Part shown: positions 1-9,458 of the stretch, piece by piece
Layout of the letters: each line of letters starts with the position of its first letter
Position numbering within the stretch: the stretch's first letter is position 1
Source: Clostridium sp.
GTDB taxonomy: Bacteria > Bacillota > Clostridia > TANB77 > CAG-508
NCBI GenBank assembly: GCA_018371855.1
Contig: JAHAKD010000001.1
Coordinates: forward strand, 219,478-283,477
DNA: 64,000 nucleotides
Direction of reading: 5' to 3'
The notes under the pieces: model-generated
Told to the model about the DNA's origin: nothing
The model's input: the letters and a program-made list of their open reading frames with translations, nothing else
The model's database searches: none
Position numbers and translations under genes: made by a program

Positions 1-14
1 GACATTGAAAAATG

Positions 15-35
15 AATATATAACATTGCACAAAA
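15..35 (+). repeat. 21-bp direct repeat AATATATAACATTGCACAAAA, left copy (candidate attL core)
   Basis: Exact match to 62222-62242. Followed by the degenerate arm CAGGGC-TGTTGCGTAAT. Confidence 0.6.
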
Positions 36-194
36 CAGGGCTGTTGCGTAATTAATCGAAATCTTAGGTAGAAATAAAAAAATCTCCCTAAGGCACGGAA
101 GAATACAATTAGATTCAAGAAAATTTTTTAATTCTAAATTTTAATTCTAAAAATAAAATCCATACAACATTATCATTAACAAATATATAACAAG

Positions 195-229
195 CAACTT
201 AAATCAAGAGAAGTTTAAGTTGTTTTTTT
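195..229 (+). terminator. Rho-independent terminator-like hairpin
   Basis: CAACTTAAA-N10-TTTAAGTTG stem followed by a T7 run. Confidence 0.5.
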
Positions 230-263
230 GTTGTGCAAGAATTAGTAACATAAGTGAAAGAAG

Positions 264-494
264 GTGAAAGTAGTGAGTATTGGCGAAAATGTAATCAGAC
301 TTAGAAAAGAAAAACATTTAAGTAGAAATGACTTGGCAAGACAAATGGCAGGTACAACAGAAAGAAATAAAATTAAATGTGCAAACATGAAAATTTCAAG
401 AATAGAAGAGAATAGATCAGCAAATCCAGGTGTTTATACATTACAGTCTATAGCCAAACTTTTAGGAGTAACAATAGAAGATTTATTAAAATAA
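264..494 (+). CDS. XRE-family helix-turn-helix (HTH) transcriptional regulator
   Basis: IGENVIRLRKEKHLSRNDLARQM...LQSIAKLLGVTIEDLL is a typical Cro/C1 HTH pattern. GTG start after a purine-rich RBS. Confidence 0.75.
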   Translation: MKVVSIGENVIRLRKEKHLSRNDLARQMAGTTERNKIKCANMKISRIEENRSANPGVYTLQSIAKLLGVTIEDLLK

Positions 495-512
495 AAGGAG
501 GAAAGAGATACT

Positions 513-959
513 ATGGAAAACGAATTTACAATTAAAGAAACAGCTAATGCAATAGGACAAACAGTACAAAACTTATACAGAAAAATACCAGAATTGAAAA
601 AATTAGGATATGCAAGAGAAGATGAAAATGGCAATAAGTTTATTACAATAGAAGGAGTAAATTATTTAAGAGATAAAATAATTAATTCTAAAAGACCTAC
701 AAAAGAAGAAGAAAGACAGGAAACAGAAGAAAAAAATGTAAAAATCGCAAAATTAGAAACAGAAAAAGAATTTTTGGAAAAACAATTAGCAGAAGAAAAA
801 GCTAAAAATAGAGATTTACAAGATAGATATGACAAAAAAGACGAAGCCTTTAATAAAATAAGTGTTGCTAACGCACAGTATTTAATTGATACAAGTAAAC
901 AAATACAAGCTGTTCCAGAAAAGAAAAAATTTAGTCTATTTAGAAGAAATAGACATTAA
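513..959 (+). CDS. Putative DNA-binding protein (N-terminal HTH-like) with coiled-coil C-terminus
   Basis: RBS AAGGAGG lies 8 nt upstream. FTIKETANAIGQTVQNLYRK resembles a MerR/excisionase-like HTH. K/E-rich coiled coil follows. Confidence 0.5.
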   Translation: MENEFTIKETANAIGQTVQNLYRKIPELKKLGYAREDENGNKFITIEGVNYLRDKIINSKRPTKEEERQETEEKNVKIAKLETEKEFLEKQLAEEKAKNRDLQDRYDKKDEAFNKISVANAQYLIDTSKQIQAVPEKKKFSLFRRNRH

Positions 960-978
960 AGAAAGGAAGAAACGAAAG

Positions 979-1167
979 ATGATTTACACGATTTCTATAT
1001 TACTATTATTACTTTTAATAATTAACTTGTTGGCAATAGCTTTTATGCTCAACCTTTATTTAAAAAGAGTAAAAGAAACAGATAACTTTTTTAACGAATT
1101 AATAAAAGCAATAGCAAAGTTGCAAATAAAAGTAAGTGAAAATGAAATTTATTCAAAGGAGAAATAA
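979..1167 (+). CDS. Small membrane protein
   Basis: Internal ATG of ORF 886-1167, preceded by GAAAGGAAG. One strong transmembrane (TM) helix: ISILLLLLLIINLLAIAFMLNL. Confidence 0.45.
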   Translation: MIYTISILLLLLLIINLLAIAFMLNLYLKRVKETDNFFNELIKAIAKLQIKVSENEIYSKEK

Positions 1168-1292
1168 GAGATGAATAATAACAAAAGAGATGTAAAAGAG
1201 CAATGGAAAAAAATTTTAGACAAGATAAAAAAATTAGATAACTTGAAAATGCAATAAGCTAATTAAAAAAATTTTAATTAGGAGGAAAAAAC

Positions 1293-1880
1293 ATGAATCT
1301 AACAGGTGAAGCTAAACAATATCTTGATAAAGAAATAAAAGATAATTTTTTAGATTTACAAAATAAAATAATAGAAACTATTAAACAAGAAATTAATTTG
1401 TCCTTAAATAATTCTATAAAAGAAGCAAAAATACAAGAGCTTAATGATATGAAAAAAGAAACAAATGAAATTTTAGAAACATACTCATTTAAAAGAAATA
1501 ATATAAGTAATTTAAAAAATATGTATATAAATGCTATAAAAGTGGAAGAAAAACTTGGTAATTCGACTAAGGAATATGAGATAGAACTTGAAAAACTTAA
1601 ACTTAAAGAACTAAAGCTTAATTATATTACAAACATTTTTAATAACTATATAAAAGAAAAATTAAAAGATGATATTACAAGTAACTATAAAAATACCAAT
1701 ATTCCTATAACAAAAGTACCAGACAAACGAAAAGCATTACTTTTACAAAATTACTACATGAAAAATAAAGATAAAAAGGACATTATTGATTTCTATGAAA
1801 ACGAAGATAGAATCTATTACGATAAAAAAGAATTAATAAAAGAATTAACACCATTGCTTTTTGGAATTTTTGGAATTTAG
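1293..1880 (+). CDS. Hypothetical coiled-coil protein
   Basis: 195-aa ORF with RBS AGGAGGA 7 nt upstream. Confidence 0.6.
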   Translation: MNLTGEAKQYLDKEIKDNFLDLQNKIIETIKQEINLSLNNSIKEAKIQELNDMKKETNEILETYSFKRNNISNLKNMYINAIKVEEKLGNSTKEYEIELEKLKLKELKLNYITNIFNNYIKEKLKDDITSNYKNTNIPITKVPDKRKALLLQNYYMKNKDKKDIIDFYENEDRIYYDKKELIKELTPLLFGIFGI

Positions 1881-1892
1881 GAGAAAACTGAT

Positions 1893-2063
1893 ATGAAAAT
1901 ATTTATAATAGTACTTTTCTTATTAATCACTATTTTTATGTATTTAGTAATTGTCGGTGGAAATATAACAAAAACAGCCGAAGAAAGAGAAATTGAAAGA
2001 GAAGAAGAATTAAGATTTTTAGATAATTATAAAAAACAGAAAGAGGCAAAAGATGAAAAATAG
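1893..2063 (+). CDS. Small membrane protein (56 aa)
   Basis: ATG after GGAGAAAA. N-terminal TM helix MKIFIIVLFLLITIFMYLVIVGG. Below the ORF-track size cutoff. Confidence 0.4.
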   Translation: MKIFIIVLFLLITIFMYLVIVGGNITKTAEEREIEREEELRFLDNYKKQKEAKDEK

Positions 2064-2637
2064 ATTATTAAACAAAATAGAAGAATATAAAAAATTAAAA
2101 TTTAAAATTGATAAATTTATAATTTTATATTTTGTAATTTACTTAGTATTAATCGTACTTTTTAGATTAAATGTTATGAGTATTATTCTATTATCAATTA
2201 CTTTTGCAATATTAACATACATTACATATTACTTTAAAGAAAAAACAAAAATACAAACTATCAATAATGAAAATGTTAATTTAAATGTTAAAGATACTTT
2301 AAAACTATTGAAAGAATATTATACATCTTTAAGTTACGAAATTTACGAAGATAAAACAGCTATAAATACATTGTTTTTAGAAAAAAACAATAATAGATAT
2401 AAAGTTAAAATGTTAAACGAAAATTTTAAAATTGAAAACTTAACTTTAAAACATTTTAAAAGTGAATTTAAAGACTTAAAGCTTTCAAAACTTGTATTAG
2501 TAATTAATAAAAATATTGATAAAAAAATAAAAAAAGATTTACGAAAAGAAAATATTTTTATTATAGACAATGATTCTTTAAAGTTTATCAAATTTAAATG
2601 TGAAAATATTTTAAAACATGAAACTACTGGAAAATGA
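2053..2637 (+). CDS. Hypothetical membrane-anchored protein
   Basis: 194-aa ORF with two N-terminal TM helices. RBS AGAGG. Confidence 0.55.
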   Translation: MKNRLLNKIEEYKKLKFKIDKFIILYFVIYLVLIVLFRLNVMSIILLSITFAILTYITYYFKEKTKIQTINNENVNLNVKDTLKLLKEYYTSLSYEIYEDKTAINTLFLEKNNNRYKVKMLNENFKIENLTLKHFKSEFKDLKLSKLVLVINKNIDKKIKKDLRKENIFIIDNDSLKFIKFKCENILKHETTGK

Positions 2638-2722
2638 GTGTTTTAAATTAAAGACCTTTAAGATTTTAATTAGTATTTATTAAAATTTAAATAAAATTTA
2701 ATAGCATACGGAGGAAAAAAGC

Positions 2723-3673
2723 ATGGGTGTTTTTAGAGTAGAAAAAACAAAAAATTATACAGTAATGAGTAATTATCACTTTAGAGATAAAAGATTATCT
2801 TTTAAAGCGAAAGGAATATTATCTTTTATGTTATCCTTACCTGACGATTGGGATTATTCTGTTCAAGGATTAATTACTACAGCCAAAGATGGTAGAGATA
2901 GTGTGACTTCTGGTCTTAAAGAACTTGAACATTATGGGTATTTAAAAAGAGAACCGATTAGAGAAAAAGGAATAATAAAAGACTGGAATTATATTATTTT
3001 TGAACAACCAATTTGTGAAAGTACTGAAAATACTCATTTTGAACCAGATACGGAAAATCCGAAAGTGGATAGTGAACCAGATACGGAAAATCCAGATACG
3101 GAAAAACCACTTACGGAAAATCCGAAACAAATAAATACTAAAGATAATAAATATATAAATAATAATATATATATATCTTCAATTTCTAAAAAAAGCTCTT
3201 CTAAAGAAAATGAAAATATAGAAATTCATAACAATGAAGAGAAAAAAGAGAAAAAAGAGAAGAATGAAAAAATTGATAATGCTATTAATGAGTTTGAAGA
3301 AATTTGGAAGAATTACCCTAAAAAAGTCGGAAAAGCTAAGGCTAGAGAATTTTACATAGCTTGGACTGTTAAAGGTCGAAAACTTAAAACTAATAATTAC
3401 AGACTAAGGAAATTAACTAAAGAAGAAGTCGAGAAAGCTGTTAAAAACTATAATTTAGAAGTAATAAATAGAGAGTATCAATATATTAAAAATGCTGATA
3501 CATTCTTTAATACAGCAATTTTGGATTATATTACTTTAGAAAAACAAGATCCAATTAGCAAAAATACTCAAAGGACAAGTAGTACTTCAAAGAATACTTA
3601 TGGAAATTATAGTCAAAGAAAATATAGTAAATCAGATTTAAATAAACTGTATGCAAATAGCTGGCTAAAATAA
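2723..3673 (+). CDS. Replication-initiator-like winged-helix protein (HTH N-domain, DnaD/replisome-organizer-like C-domain)
   Basis: N-terminus KNYTVMSNYHFRDKRLSFKAKGILSFMLSLPDDWDYSVQGL is the motif of plasmid/phage/ICE Rep-type HTH proteins. The PDTENP repeat linker and the C-terminal FEEIWKNYPKKVGKAKA motif fit too. Confidence 0.6.
   Translation: MGVFRVEKTKNYTVMSNYHFRDKRLSFKAKGILSFMLSLPDDWDYSVQGLITTAKDGRDSVTSGLKELEHYGYLKREPIREKGIIKDWNYIIFEQPICESTENTHFEPDTENPKVDSEPDTENPDTEKPLTENPKQINTKDNKYINNNIYISSISKKSSSKENENIEIHNNEEKKEKKEKNEKIDNAINEFEEIWKNYPKKVGKAKAREFYIAWTVKGRKLKTNNYRLRKLTKEEVEKAVKNYNLEVINREYQYIKNADTFFNTAILDYITLEKQDPISKNTQRTSSTSKNTYGNYSQRKYSKSDLNKLYANSWLK
3044..3123 (+). repeat. Four direct repeats CCAGATACGGAAAA(T/A)CC inside the rep-like gene
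   Basis: Units at 3044-3060, 3077-3093, 3092-3108 and 3110-3123 (partial). Confidence 0.7.
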
Positions 3674-3693
3674 ATAGCAAAGGAGGCAGAATT

Positions 3694-4206
3694 ATGGTCT
3701 ATAATTTTGAAAGTTTTATATATGATAATTTGCAAAAATATATTGTAAAAGCAATAAATTCAAGGAAAATTACATTGACTGTAGGCGAAAATTTACTATT
3801 ACAAAATTTAATTAAACACAATACGAAGCTTAATGTAAAAGCACTTCAAGGACTTTTTAAAGAAAAACATGAAGATCTAAATTCAAGTTATAGAGGATTA
3901 AAGAATAAGCTTATAGATGTTGCAAAATTAAGTAAAATAAAAGATGAAACAGGAATTTCTATTAGCATTAAAATCTATGATTTAGTACGAGTTTCTAAAA
4001 TTGAAAAAAATACAACACGAAAAAAATTTAATAGAAGTACAGGAAAAGAAAAAGATGATAAATACTTTAATTTTGACAATTTCAATTATCCAAAAAAATT
4101 TAAGCATTTTAAACTTGTTAAAGTATATCCTAATTTTGCTAATTATAGAGATACTAGAACTAAATGTCTAACATCATTTAAAAAACAAGATTTAATAAAT
4201 TACTAG
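3694..4206 (+). CDS. Hypothetical protein
   Basis: 170-aa ORF with RBS AAGGAGG. Confidence 0.6.
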   Translation: MVYNFESFIYDNLQKYIVKAINSRKITLTVGENLLLQNLIKHNTKLNVKALQGLFKEKHEDLNSSYRGLKNKLIDVAKLSKIKDETGISISIKIYDLVRVSKIEKNTTRKKFNRSTGKEKDDKYFNFDNFNYPKKFKHFKLVKVYPNFANYRDTRTKCLTSFKKQDLINY

Positions 4207-4219
4207 GAGGAAAAAATAA

Positions 4220-4546
4220 ATGAATAAACAAATTGTTGCAAAAGTTAAATTTTCAAAAGATGGTAGAATATATAACTTTTTGGTAAAAGATAATATAAAA
4301 ATTGCAAAACTAAAAAAAGGTGGAACAGTAATTGTTGATACCAGGATAAGTAACAAAAAAGATGTTCATAAGCGAAAAAAAGCAGTTTTACAAGACGTGA
4401 AAATGATGGATATAGATAGAATGAAAATTAAGCCAAATGCTTATCTTGTAGGAACTTCACAACATGAAATGAAGTTATATACAAATGCAGAAAAAAGAGC
4501 ATTTTGGAAACAACAAAAATTAAAGAAAAAGAAAAATACTAAATAG
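4220..4546 (+). CDS. Hypothetical protein
   Basis: 108-aa ORF with RBS AGGAGGA. Confidence 0.6.
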   Translation: MNKQIVAKVKFSKDGRIYNFLVKDNIKIAKLKKGGTVIVDTRISNKKDVHKRKKAVLQDVKMMDIDRMKIKPNAYLVGTSQHEMKLYTNAEKRAFWKQQKLKKKKNTK

Positions 4547-4559
4547 GAGGAATGAAAAA

Positions 4560-4781
4560 ATGAATTTTAAAAAACAAAAAAAGAGAAAAACAAAATTTGT
4601 ATTTTACAGAACATTTTTTGAATCTATAGAAAAAATGCCTAAAGAAAATCAATTAGAATTATATAGAGCAGTAACTCATTATGCGTTAAATGGAGAAGAT
4701 ACAAATTTAAAGGACTCATCAGGAGCAGTATTTAATTTAATTAAAGCTAAAATTGATGAGAACAATAAGAAAATTTTATGA
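4560..4781 (+). CDS. Hypothetical conserved phage/plasmid-type small protein
   Basis: RBS AGGAGGA. The motif FYRTFFESIEKMPKENQLELYRAVTHYALNGE resembles small proteins adjacent to phage/plasmid replication genes. Confidence 0.55.
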   Translation: MNFKKQKKRKTKFVFYRTFFESIEKMPKENQLELYRAVTHYALNGEDTNLKDSSGAVFNLIKAKIDENNKKIL

Positions 4782-4806
4782 AAAGTTTAAGAAGGAGAAT
4801 TAAAGT

Positions 4807-5241
4807 ATGGAAATATTAGATAAAATTTTTTGTTGGATAAATAGTAATATAAAAAATGTACAATCACATTCTAAAGACAGTCGAAATACAGAATTAATTT
4901 TAGCTTACTATAACGGGTATGAAACAGCATTAAAAGAAATGAAGAAAGAAGTTGTAAAAATAAAACAAGAGAAAGAAGGAGGAATAAGTATGGAGGTAGA
5001 AAATAAAGAAATTGCAATTAAAGGAATTGCATTACTTTTAAAAGAAAAAGCTGTAGGTATCAAAGAAATTTGTGATGAAATAAAAGTAGATGGCAAAGTG
5101 TATGATAGTGAAATAATTTCATTAAATACAGTTACAGAAAATATGAAAACAATTATTGGCTCTCTTGAAGCATGTAAAAACTTATCAAATGAAAATAATA
5201 CAAAGGATAATAGTATAAATGAGCAGAAAGAAAAGGAATAG
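4807..5241 (+). CDS. Hypothetical protein
   Basis: 144-aa ORF with RBS AAGGAGA. Confidence 0.6.
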   Translation: MEILDKIFCWINSNIKNVQSHSKDSRNTELILAYYNGYETALKEMKKEVVKIKQEKEGGISMEVENKEIAIKGIALLLKEKAVGIKEICDEIKVDGKVYDSEIISLNTVTENMKTIIGSLEACKNLSNENNTKDNSINEQKEKE

Positions 5242-5416
5242 TAACAAATATAAAGATTTAGAAATATTTTTATATGGTAAGAGATTACATAAGTATAAAG
5301 CTGTTGCATATTGTAGATTACATAAATGTTATTTAGAGCCAGTAGATATAAAAGAGAAGGGTTGCAATTGGAAAGGAAAACATAGTAGTAGGTGTAATAA
5401 TTTACAAGAAATTTAA
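5219..5416 (+). CDS. Small Cys/His-rich protein (possible zinc-binding)
   Basis: 65-aa ORF overlapping the previous stop. Contains CRLHKC...C...C. Weak RBS. Confidence 0.4.
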   Translation: MSRKKRNSNKYKDLEIFLYGKRLHKYKAVAYCRLHKCYLEPVDIKEKGCNWKGKHSSRCNNLQEI

Positions 5417-5429
5417 AGAAGGTGAAAAA

Positions 5430-5657
5430 ATGTTAATAGGAGAAATTATAAAAAAATATAGAGAAGAAAATCATTTATCTCAGAGAAATTTTGCTAAAAG
5501 AACAATATTAAGTCCATCTTATATAAATACTTTAGAAAAATTATATAATCCAAAGACAGGTAAGCTATATTCTATAACTTTAGAAGTTGCAGATCAATTA
5601 GCGAAAGCAATGAACATGTCATTAAATGGATTATTAGAAAAGTGTGGCAATAAATAA
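5430..5657 (+). CDS. XRE-family HTH transcriptional regulator
   Basis: IIKKYREENHLSQRNFAKRT...LAKAMNMSLNGLLE. RBS AAGGTGA. Confidence 0.75.
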   Translation: MLIGEIIKKYREENHLSQRNFAKRTILSPSYINTLEKLYNPKTGKLYSITLEVADQLAKAMNMSLNGLLEKCGNK

Positions 5658-5780
5658 ATTGGAAAGGAGATATTATAAATGTTAAAAGATTTAATTGAAC
5701 CTATATTAGAAATGGGATATGAAATATTAGATTTCTTATTTGAGTTTGATGAAAATTAAAGAAAAATTGAGGTGAGAAAA

Positions 5781-5936
5781 ATGAAAGAAGATAAAAAAGT
5801 AGAACAATTAATTTCATTAGGAGTAAAAAGAATTAGTATGAGCAAAAAAGAATATGAAAATTTAAAACAAGAAACAAAAAATTTAATTAAATTAAATAAT
5901 ATAAAAATAGACTTGGAGGATAAAAAGAAATGCTAA
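5781..5936 (+). CDS. Small hypothetical protein (51 aa)
   Basis: ATG after GAGGTGAGAAAA. Its stop overlaps the start of the next gene (ATGCTAA). Confidence 0.35.
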   Translation: MKEDKKVEQLISLGVKRISMSKKEYENLKQETKNLIKLNNIKIDLEDKKKC

Positions 5937-6340
5937 AAGAAAACGATTTTATAAGGATTAGTTGGAGTGGAGAAATAGGACAAGTAGTAAAAGTTTTAAA
6001 AAATAATTGGTACAAAGTGAAATTTCCAGGATATACATATTTAAGAAAAATTAAAATAGATGAACATGACTTTAGGATATTACAAAGTAGTAGTTTGTTA
6101 GATATCTTAAAAATAGGTGATTTTGCTAATGGTTATAAAATTATTCATATTACTGGAACTTATGTAGAAGTTGAAAGTAGTAGAAATTACACATTATGTT
6201 TTGAAGAGCATGAAATAGAAGAAGTTTTGAGTAAAGAAAAATATGAATCTAATTTATTTAAGCCAAAATTTAAAGAAGTTTCGGATTTGTATTATTTGAC
6301 TGACAAAGAAAAAAATATAGTAAATAAAAGGAGAATCTGA
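5930..6340 (+). CDS. Hypothetical protein
   Basis: 136-aa ORF with RBS GGAGGA. Confidence 0.6.
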   Translation: MLKENDFIRISWSGEIGQVVKVLKNNWYKVKFPGYTYLRKIKIDEHDFRILQSSSLLDILKIGDFANGYKIIHITGTYVEVESSRNYTLCFEEHEIEEVLSKEKYESNLFKPKFKEVSDLYYLTDKEKNIVNKRRI

Positions 6341-6342
6341 TT

Positions 6343-6756
6343 ATGGATATAAAGAAGGCAAAAGAAAAAGAAGAAAATAAAATGAAAACAGAAAATCAAA
6401 AAGCAATAGAATATTTTAAAAGATTTACTAAATATACATGGCAATTAGCAAAAGACGAAGAAAGATTAAATGGAAAAACTATTTATCAGAAAGATTTAGA
6501 AAAAAGAACAAAATATTTTGAAACAATCTTAAGTCTTGTTAAAGATTATGAAAGGAAAAATAAATCTTTAATACATACAAATAAAAGTTATAAAGGTATT
6601 ATTAATAAATATAATGCGAATTTAAAAAATCTTTATAAAAAATATGAAAATGAATACAAAAAAGTAGAAAATTTAAGTCTATTAAATGCAAAAGATTTAG
6701 TGCTACAAGAAATAAGTTGTATGCTTGATGACATAAAAGAGATAAATAAAAAATAA
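6343..6756 (+). CDS. Hypothetical coiled-coil protein
   Basis: 137-aa ORF with RBS AAGGAGA, 2 nt after the previous stop. Confidence 0.6.
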   Translation: MDIKKAKEKEENKMKTENQKAIEYFKRFTKYTWQLAKDEERLNGKTIYQKDLEKRTKYFETILSLVKDYERKNKSLIHTNKSYKGIINKYNANLKNLYKKYENEYKKVENLSLLNAKDLVLQEISCMLDDIKEINKK

Positions 6757-6770
6757 GGAGAAAAAATAAA

Positions 6771-7565
6771 ATGAGTATTGGAGAAAAGATTAAATATTTA
6801 AGAGAAAAAAGCAATTTAAGTCAAAGGCAATTATCAATATTATTAAATGTTGAGCCAGCAACAGTATCAAGATATGAATTAAATATTAGAGTACCAAATA
6901 TAAAAATTGTAAAACAATTAGCAATGATATTTAATGTTACAACAGATTATTTATTAGGTATTGAATCTACAGTAGAAGAGTTTCCTACAATAGAAGATTT
7001 TATAGAAAAATATAAAGAAAATAATGAATTATATTTTAATCTCTATATAGAAATAACAAATGGAAATCATGAAAAGGCAAGAAAACTTTATGATGAATGT
7101 ATAAAAAGAAAAATAATAAATAAAGAAAATTCATCATGTAGCACGTATGAAAATTTTATCAATAATGGATATGGCAACTATTTTAGTAACTATAGAATGT
7201 TTTGTGATGACATATTTAAAAAAGAGCATAACGGTGGATATAGTTATGCTATTCAAGAAATAATAGCTGATAGTAAAACAAAAGAAAAATATATTAAATT
7301 TCTAAAAAAGCAAAAAGATAAAAAAATGAAAGATATAGAAAATCTAAAGATAGAAGATTATGAAGAAGATTTTAAACAATTTAAAGAAAATGTTAAAAAC
7401 ATATATCTTTTGGAAAAAGAATTTAATGGAAAAATAAATTTATTAAAATATAAAAATGCTCAAATTGAACATAAATACCACGAATATACAACTAATTCAT
7501 ATAATGAACATATATTTGAAAAATATTTTATAGAAAGAATTAAAAATAATGAAGATTACATATAG
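6771..7565 (+). CDS. XRE-family HTH regulator with a long C-terminal domain
   Basis: IGEKIKYLREKSNLSQRQLSILLNVEPATVSRYE...TTDYLLG. Confidence 0.7.
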   Translation: MSIGEKIKYLREKSNLSQRQLSILLNVEPATVSRYELNIRVPNIKIVKQLAMIFNVTTDYLLGIESTVEEFPTIEDFIEKYKENNELYFNLYIEITNGNHEKARKLYDECIKRKIINKENSSCSTYENFINNGYGNYFSNYRMFCDDIFKKEHNGGYSYAIQEIIADSKTKEKYIKFLKKQKDKKMKDIENLKIEDYEEDFKQFKENVKNIYLLEKEFNGKINLLKYKNAQIEHKYHEYTTNSYNEHIFEKYFIERIKNNEDYI

Positions 7566-7842
7566 AGAAATTATAAAAAAATTGGGATTTAAAAATTTTA
7601 TTTTATATTATCTAATAAGATATTTAGAAATTTTAATAAATTTACCATACAAAATATTAAAACTGATAATTGAAATTTTTTATACAGTATTTGACTTGTT
7701 AGATAGCTTATTTTACAAAAGAAACTTAATAGTAATATCCAATATAAGTAAAAGAGCAAATAGCTTTAGAATCAAGTGTCAAAATATATTAAACGGAGGA
7801 AAAAGTAATGAAACAAATAATATTAGAAAAAGATCTAAATAA
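7549..7842 (+). CDS. Hypothetical protein
   Basis: 97-aa ORF overlapping both neighbours. No clear RBS. Confidence 0.35.
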   Translation: MKITYREIIKKLGFKNFILYYLIRYLEILINLPYKILKLIIEIFYTVFDLLDSLFYKRNLIVISNISKRANSFRIKCQNILNGGKSNETNNIRKRSK

Positions 7843-8872
7843 TTTAAATGAAGCAATAGATAAATTAAATGATGAATTTGAAACCGTTTACAAAGATAAA
7901 AGTGTTTTCGAGAAAAATAAAATTTTAGATATAAAATTTCTAATTAATCAAGTAAGAATAGATTTGCAAGATGAAAATATGCAAACTTTAAGCTATATAT
8001 TAGATAGAAATTCAAAACTAGAATTAATAACTTTTAAAGGAAAAAGAGAAAAAGATGTTTTTTATTTTAATATAGATAATTCAATTATTATTAAACAAGG
8101 AGAATTTTTAGTTTTATTTTTAAATGCAGATTTTTCAAGTGATAATTTGGCAGATAATACATTTTATAATCACTTTAATGAAGAAATAAGAAATATATTA
8201 AAGCAATTTAATACTAGAACAGAATTATTAGAGTTTCAGCATAAATTAAAAAATTGCATTACTTTTGTATTTAAATATGAAACATATGCTAAAAGCTATG
8301 ATAATAAATTTAAAGAATATATAAAAAATAATCTATATGATTCTATTTCTAATGAAAGTTCTAAAATTTCTATTTTGTTGGATAAAGAATTATATGAATT
8401 ACATAATGATTATAACAAATTCAATAAAATGCTAACAAAAGAATTTGGTTATATACAGGATATATATGGACTAACTTCTATCAGTCAATTATTATATATT
8501 ATGTTAAAAACTTTTACTCTATTTAGTAGTTTGCCAATTAGGAAATGTCAGAATTGTGGTAACTTTTTTATGGCTCAAAATAGAAAAGATGAATTATATT
8601 GTGGTAACATATATATGGATACAGGTAAAACTTGTAAACAAATTGGAGCAATGGAAAAATATGTACATAGCTTAGAAAAAGAACCTATTATAGCAGTATA
8701 TAAAAATATGAGAAAAAGAAAATATATGAAGTTTAAAAGAAACCCTGATAAAAAGGAATTAGAAATAAAATTTGAAGAATGGGATAAAAAGTCTAAAATT
8801 GAATTTGAAAAATATAAAAAACATGAAATAACAACAGAAGAATTTGAGAATTGGTTAAATCAAAATTATTAA
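7808..8872 (+). CDS. Hypothetical protein with C-terminal Cys cluster
   Basis: 354-aa ORF with RBS GGAGGA. Contains CQNCGNFF...YCGN...CKQIG, a putative zinc ribbon. Confidence 0.6.
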   Translation: MKQIILEKDLNNLNEAIDKLNDEFETVYKDKSVFEKNKILDIKFLINQVRIDLQDENMQTLSYILDRNSKLELITFKGKREKDVFYFNIDNSIIIKQGEFLVLFLNADFSSDNLADNTFYNHFNEEIRNILKQFNTRTELLEFQHKLKNCITFVFKYETYAKSYDNKFKEYIKNNLYDSISNESSKISILLDKELYELHNDYNKFNKMLTKEFGYIQDIYGLTSISQLLYIMLKTFTLFSSLPIRKCQNCGNFFMAQNRKDELYCGNIYMDTGKTCKQIGAMEKYVHSLEKEPIIAVYKNMRKRKYMKFKRNPDKKELEIKFEEWDKKSKIEFEKYKKHEITTEEFENWLNQNY

Positions 8873-8903
8873 AATTTAAATGTAAAAAAGGAGGGAGAAA
8901 AAA

Positions 8904-9125
8904 TTGGATAATATATTTATATTTATTCTAAGATTTAATATAGCAGTAACTTTAACATTACTTTTTGTAACAATATATTTTTATTTTAAAAGTATATTAA
9001 ATAAAGGATTTAAAACTAAAGTAATATCTAAAAGAAAAGCAAAGGATTGCTTATATGTAACAACTATATCAACAGTAATATTTTTTGTAATGCTTTTTGC
9101 GTTTGTATTATTTATAATGCCATAA
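8904..9125 (+). CDS. Small membrane protein
   Basis: TTG start 7 nt after GGAGGGAG. Two TM helices. Confidence 0.5.
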   Translation: MDNIFIFILRFNIAVTLTLLFVTIYFYFKSILNKGFKTKVISKRKAKDCLYVTTISTVIFFVMLFAFVLFIMP

Positions 9126-9314
9126 ATTTAGATACTATTTAATTAAATAACAGATGAGTGAAGAAAATGAAGAATAAAAAGACCAGTATAATAAAAAAGA
9201 TTATGAAAATTATATTTAAAACACTATTTTGTTGTATCATACTTAATATTTTAAATATATTTATTTAAAAATACATATTAAGATATTATCACTTATTTTT
9301 TTATTGTAGTTAAG

Positions 9315-9441
9315 TAGTAAACGCAGGATAAACGCACCGTGTCGTGCGTGGAAACAACTAGAGGGGCAAGCCCTCTACTATAATGTATAAACTTTAAATA
9401 TGCCGTGTATTTAATGCTTAAAATGTTTATAAGGGAACATT
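9315..9441 (+). repeat. Left copy of ~127-bp imperfect inverted repeat (oriT-like, two hairpins)
   Basis: AAACGCAGGATAAACGCACCGTGTCGTGCGT and CTAGAGGGGCAAGCCCTCTACTATAATGT are identical to the reverse complement of 13194-13321. Hairpins ACGCAC-N6-GTGCGT and TAGAGGG-N5-CCCTCTA. Confidence 0.8.
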
Positions 9442-9458
9442 CAAAGGAGGAAAAATTT

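Noticed and set aside
36-229. There could be a small RNA gene between the left repeat and the first CDS, ending at the terminator at 195-229.
   Set aside because: I could not find a convincing promoter or a conserved structure. The terminator may simply insulate the element from read-in transcription.
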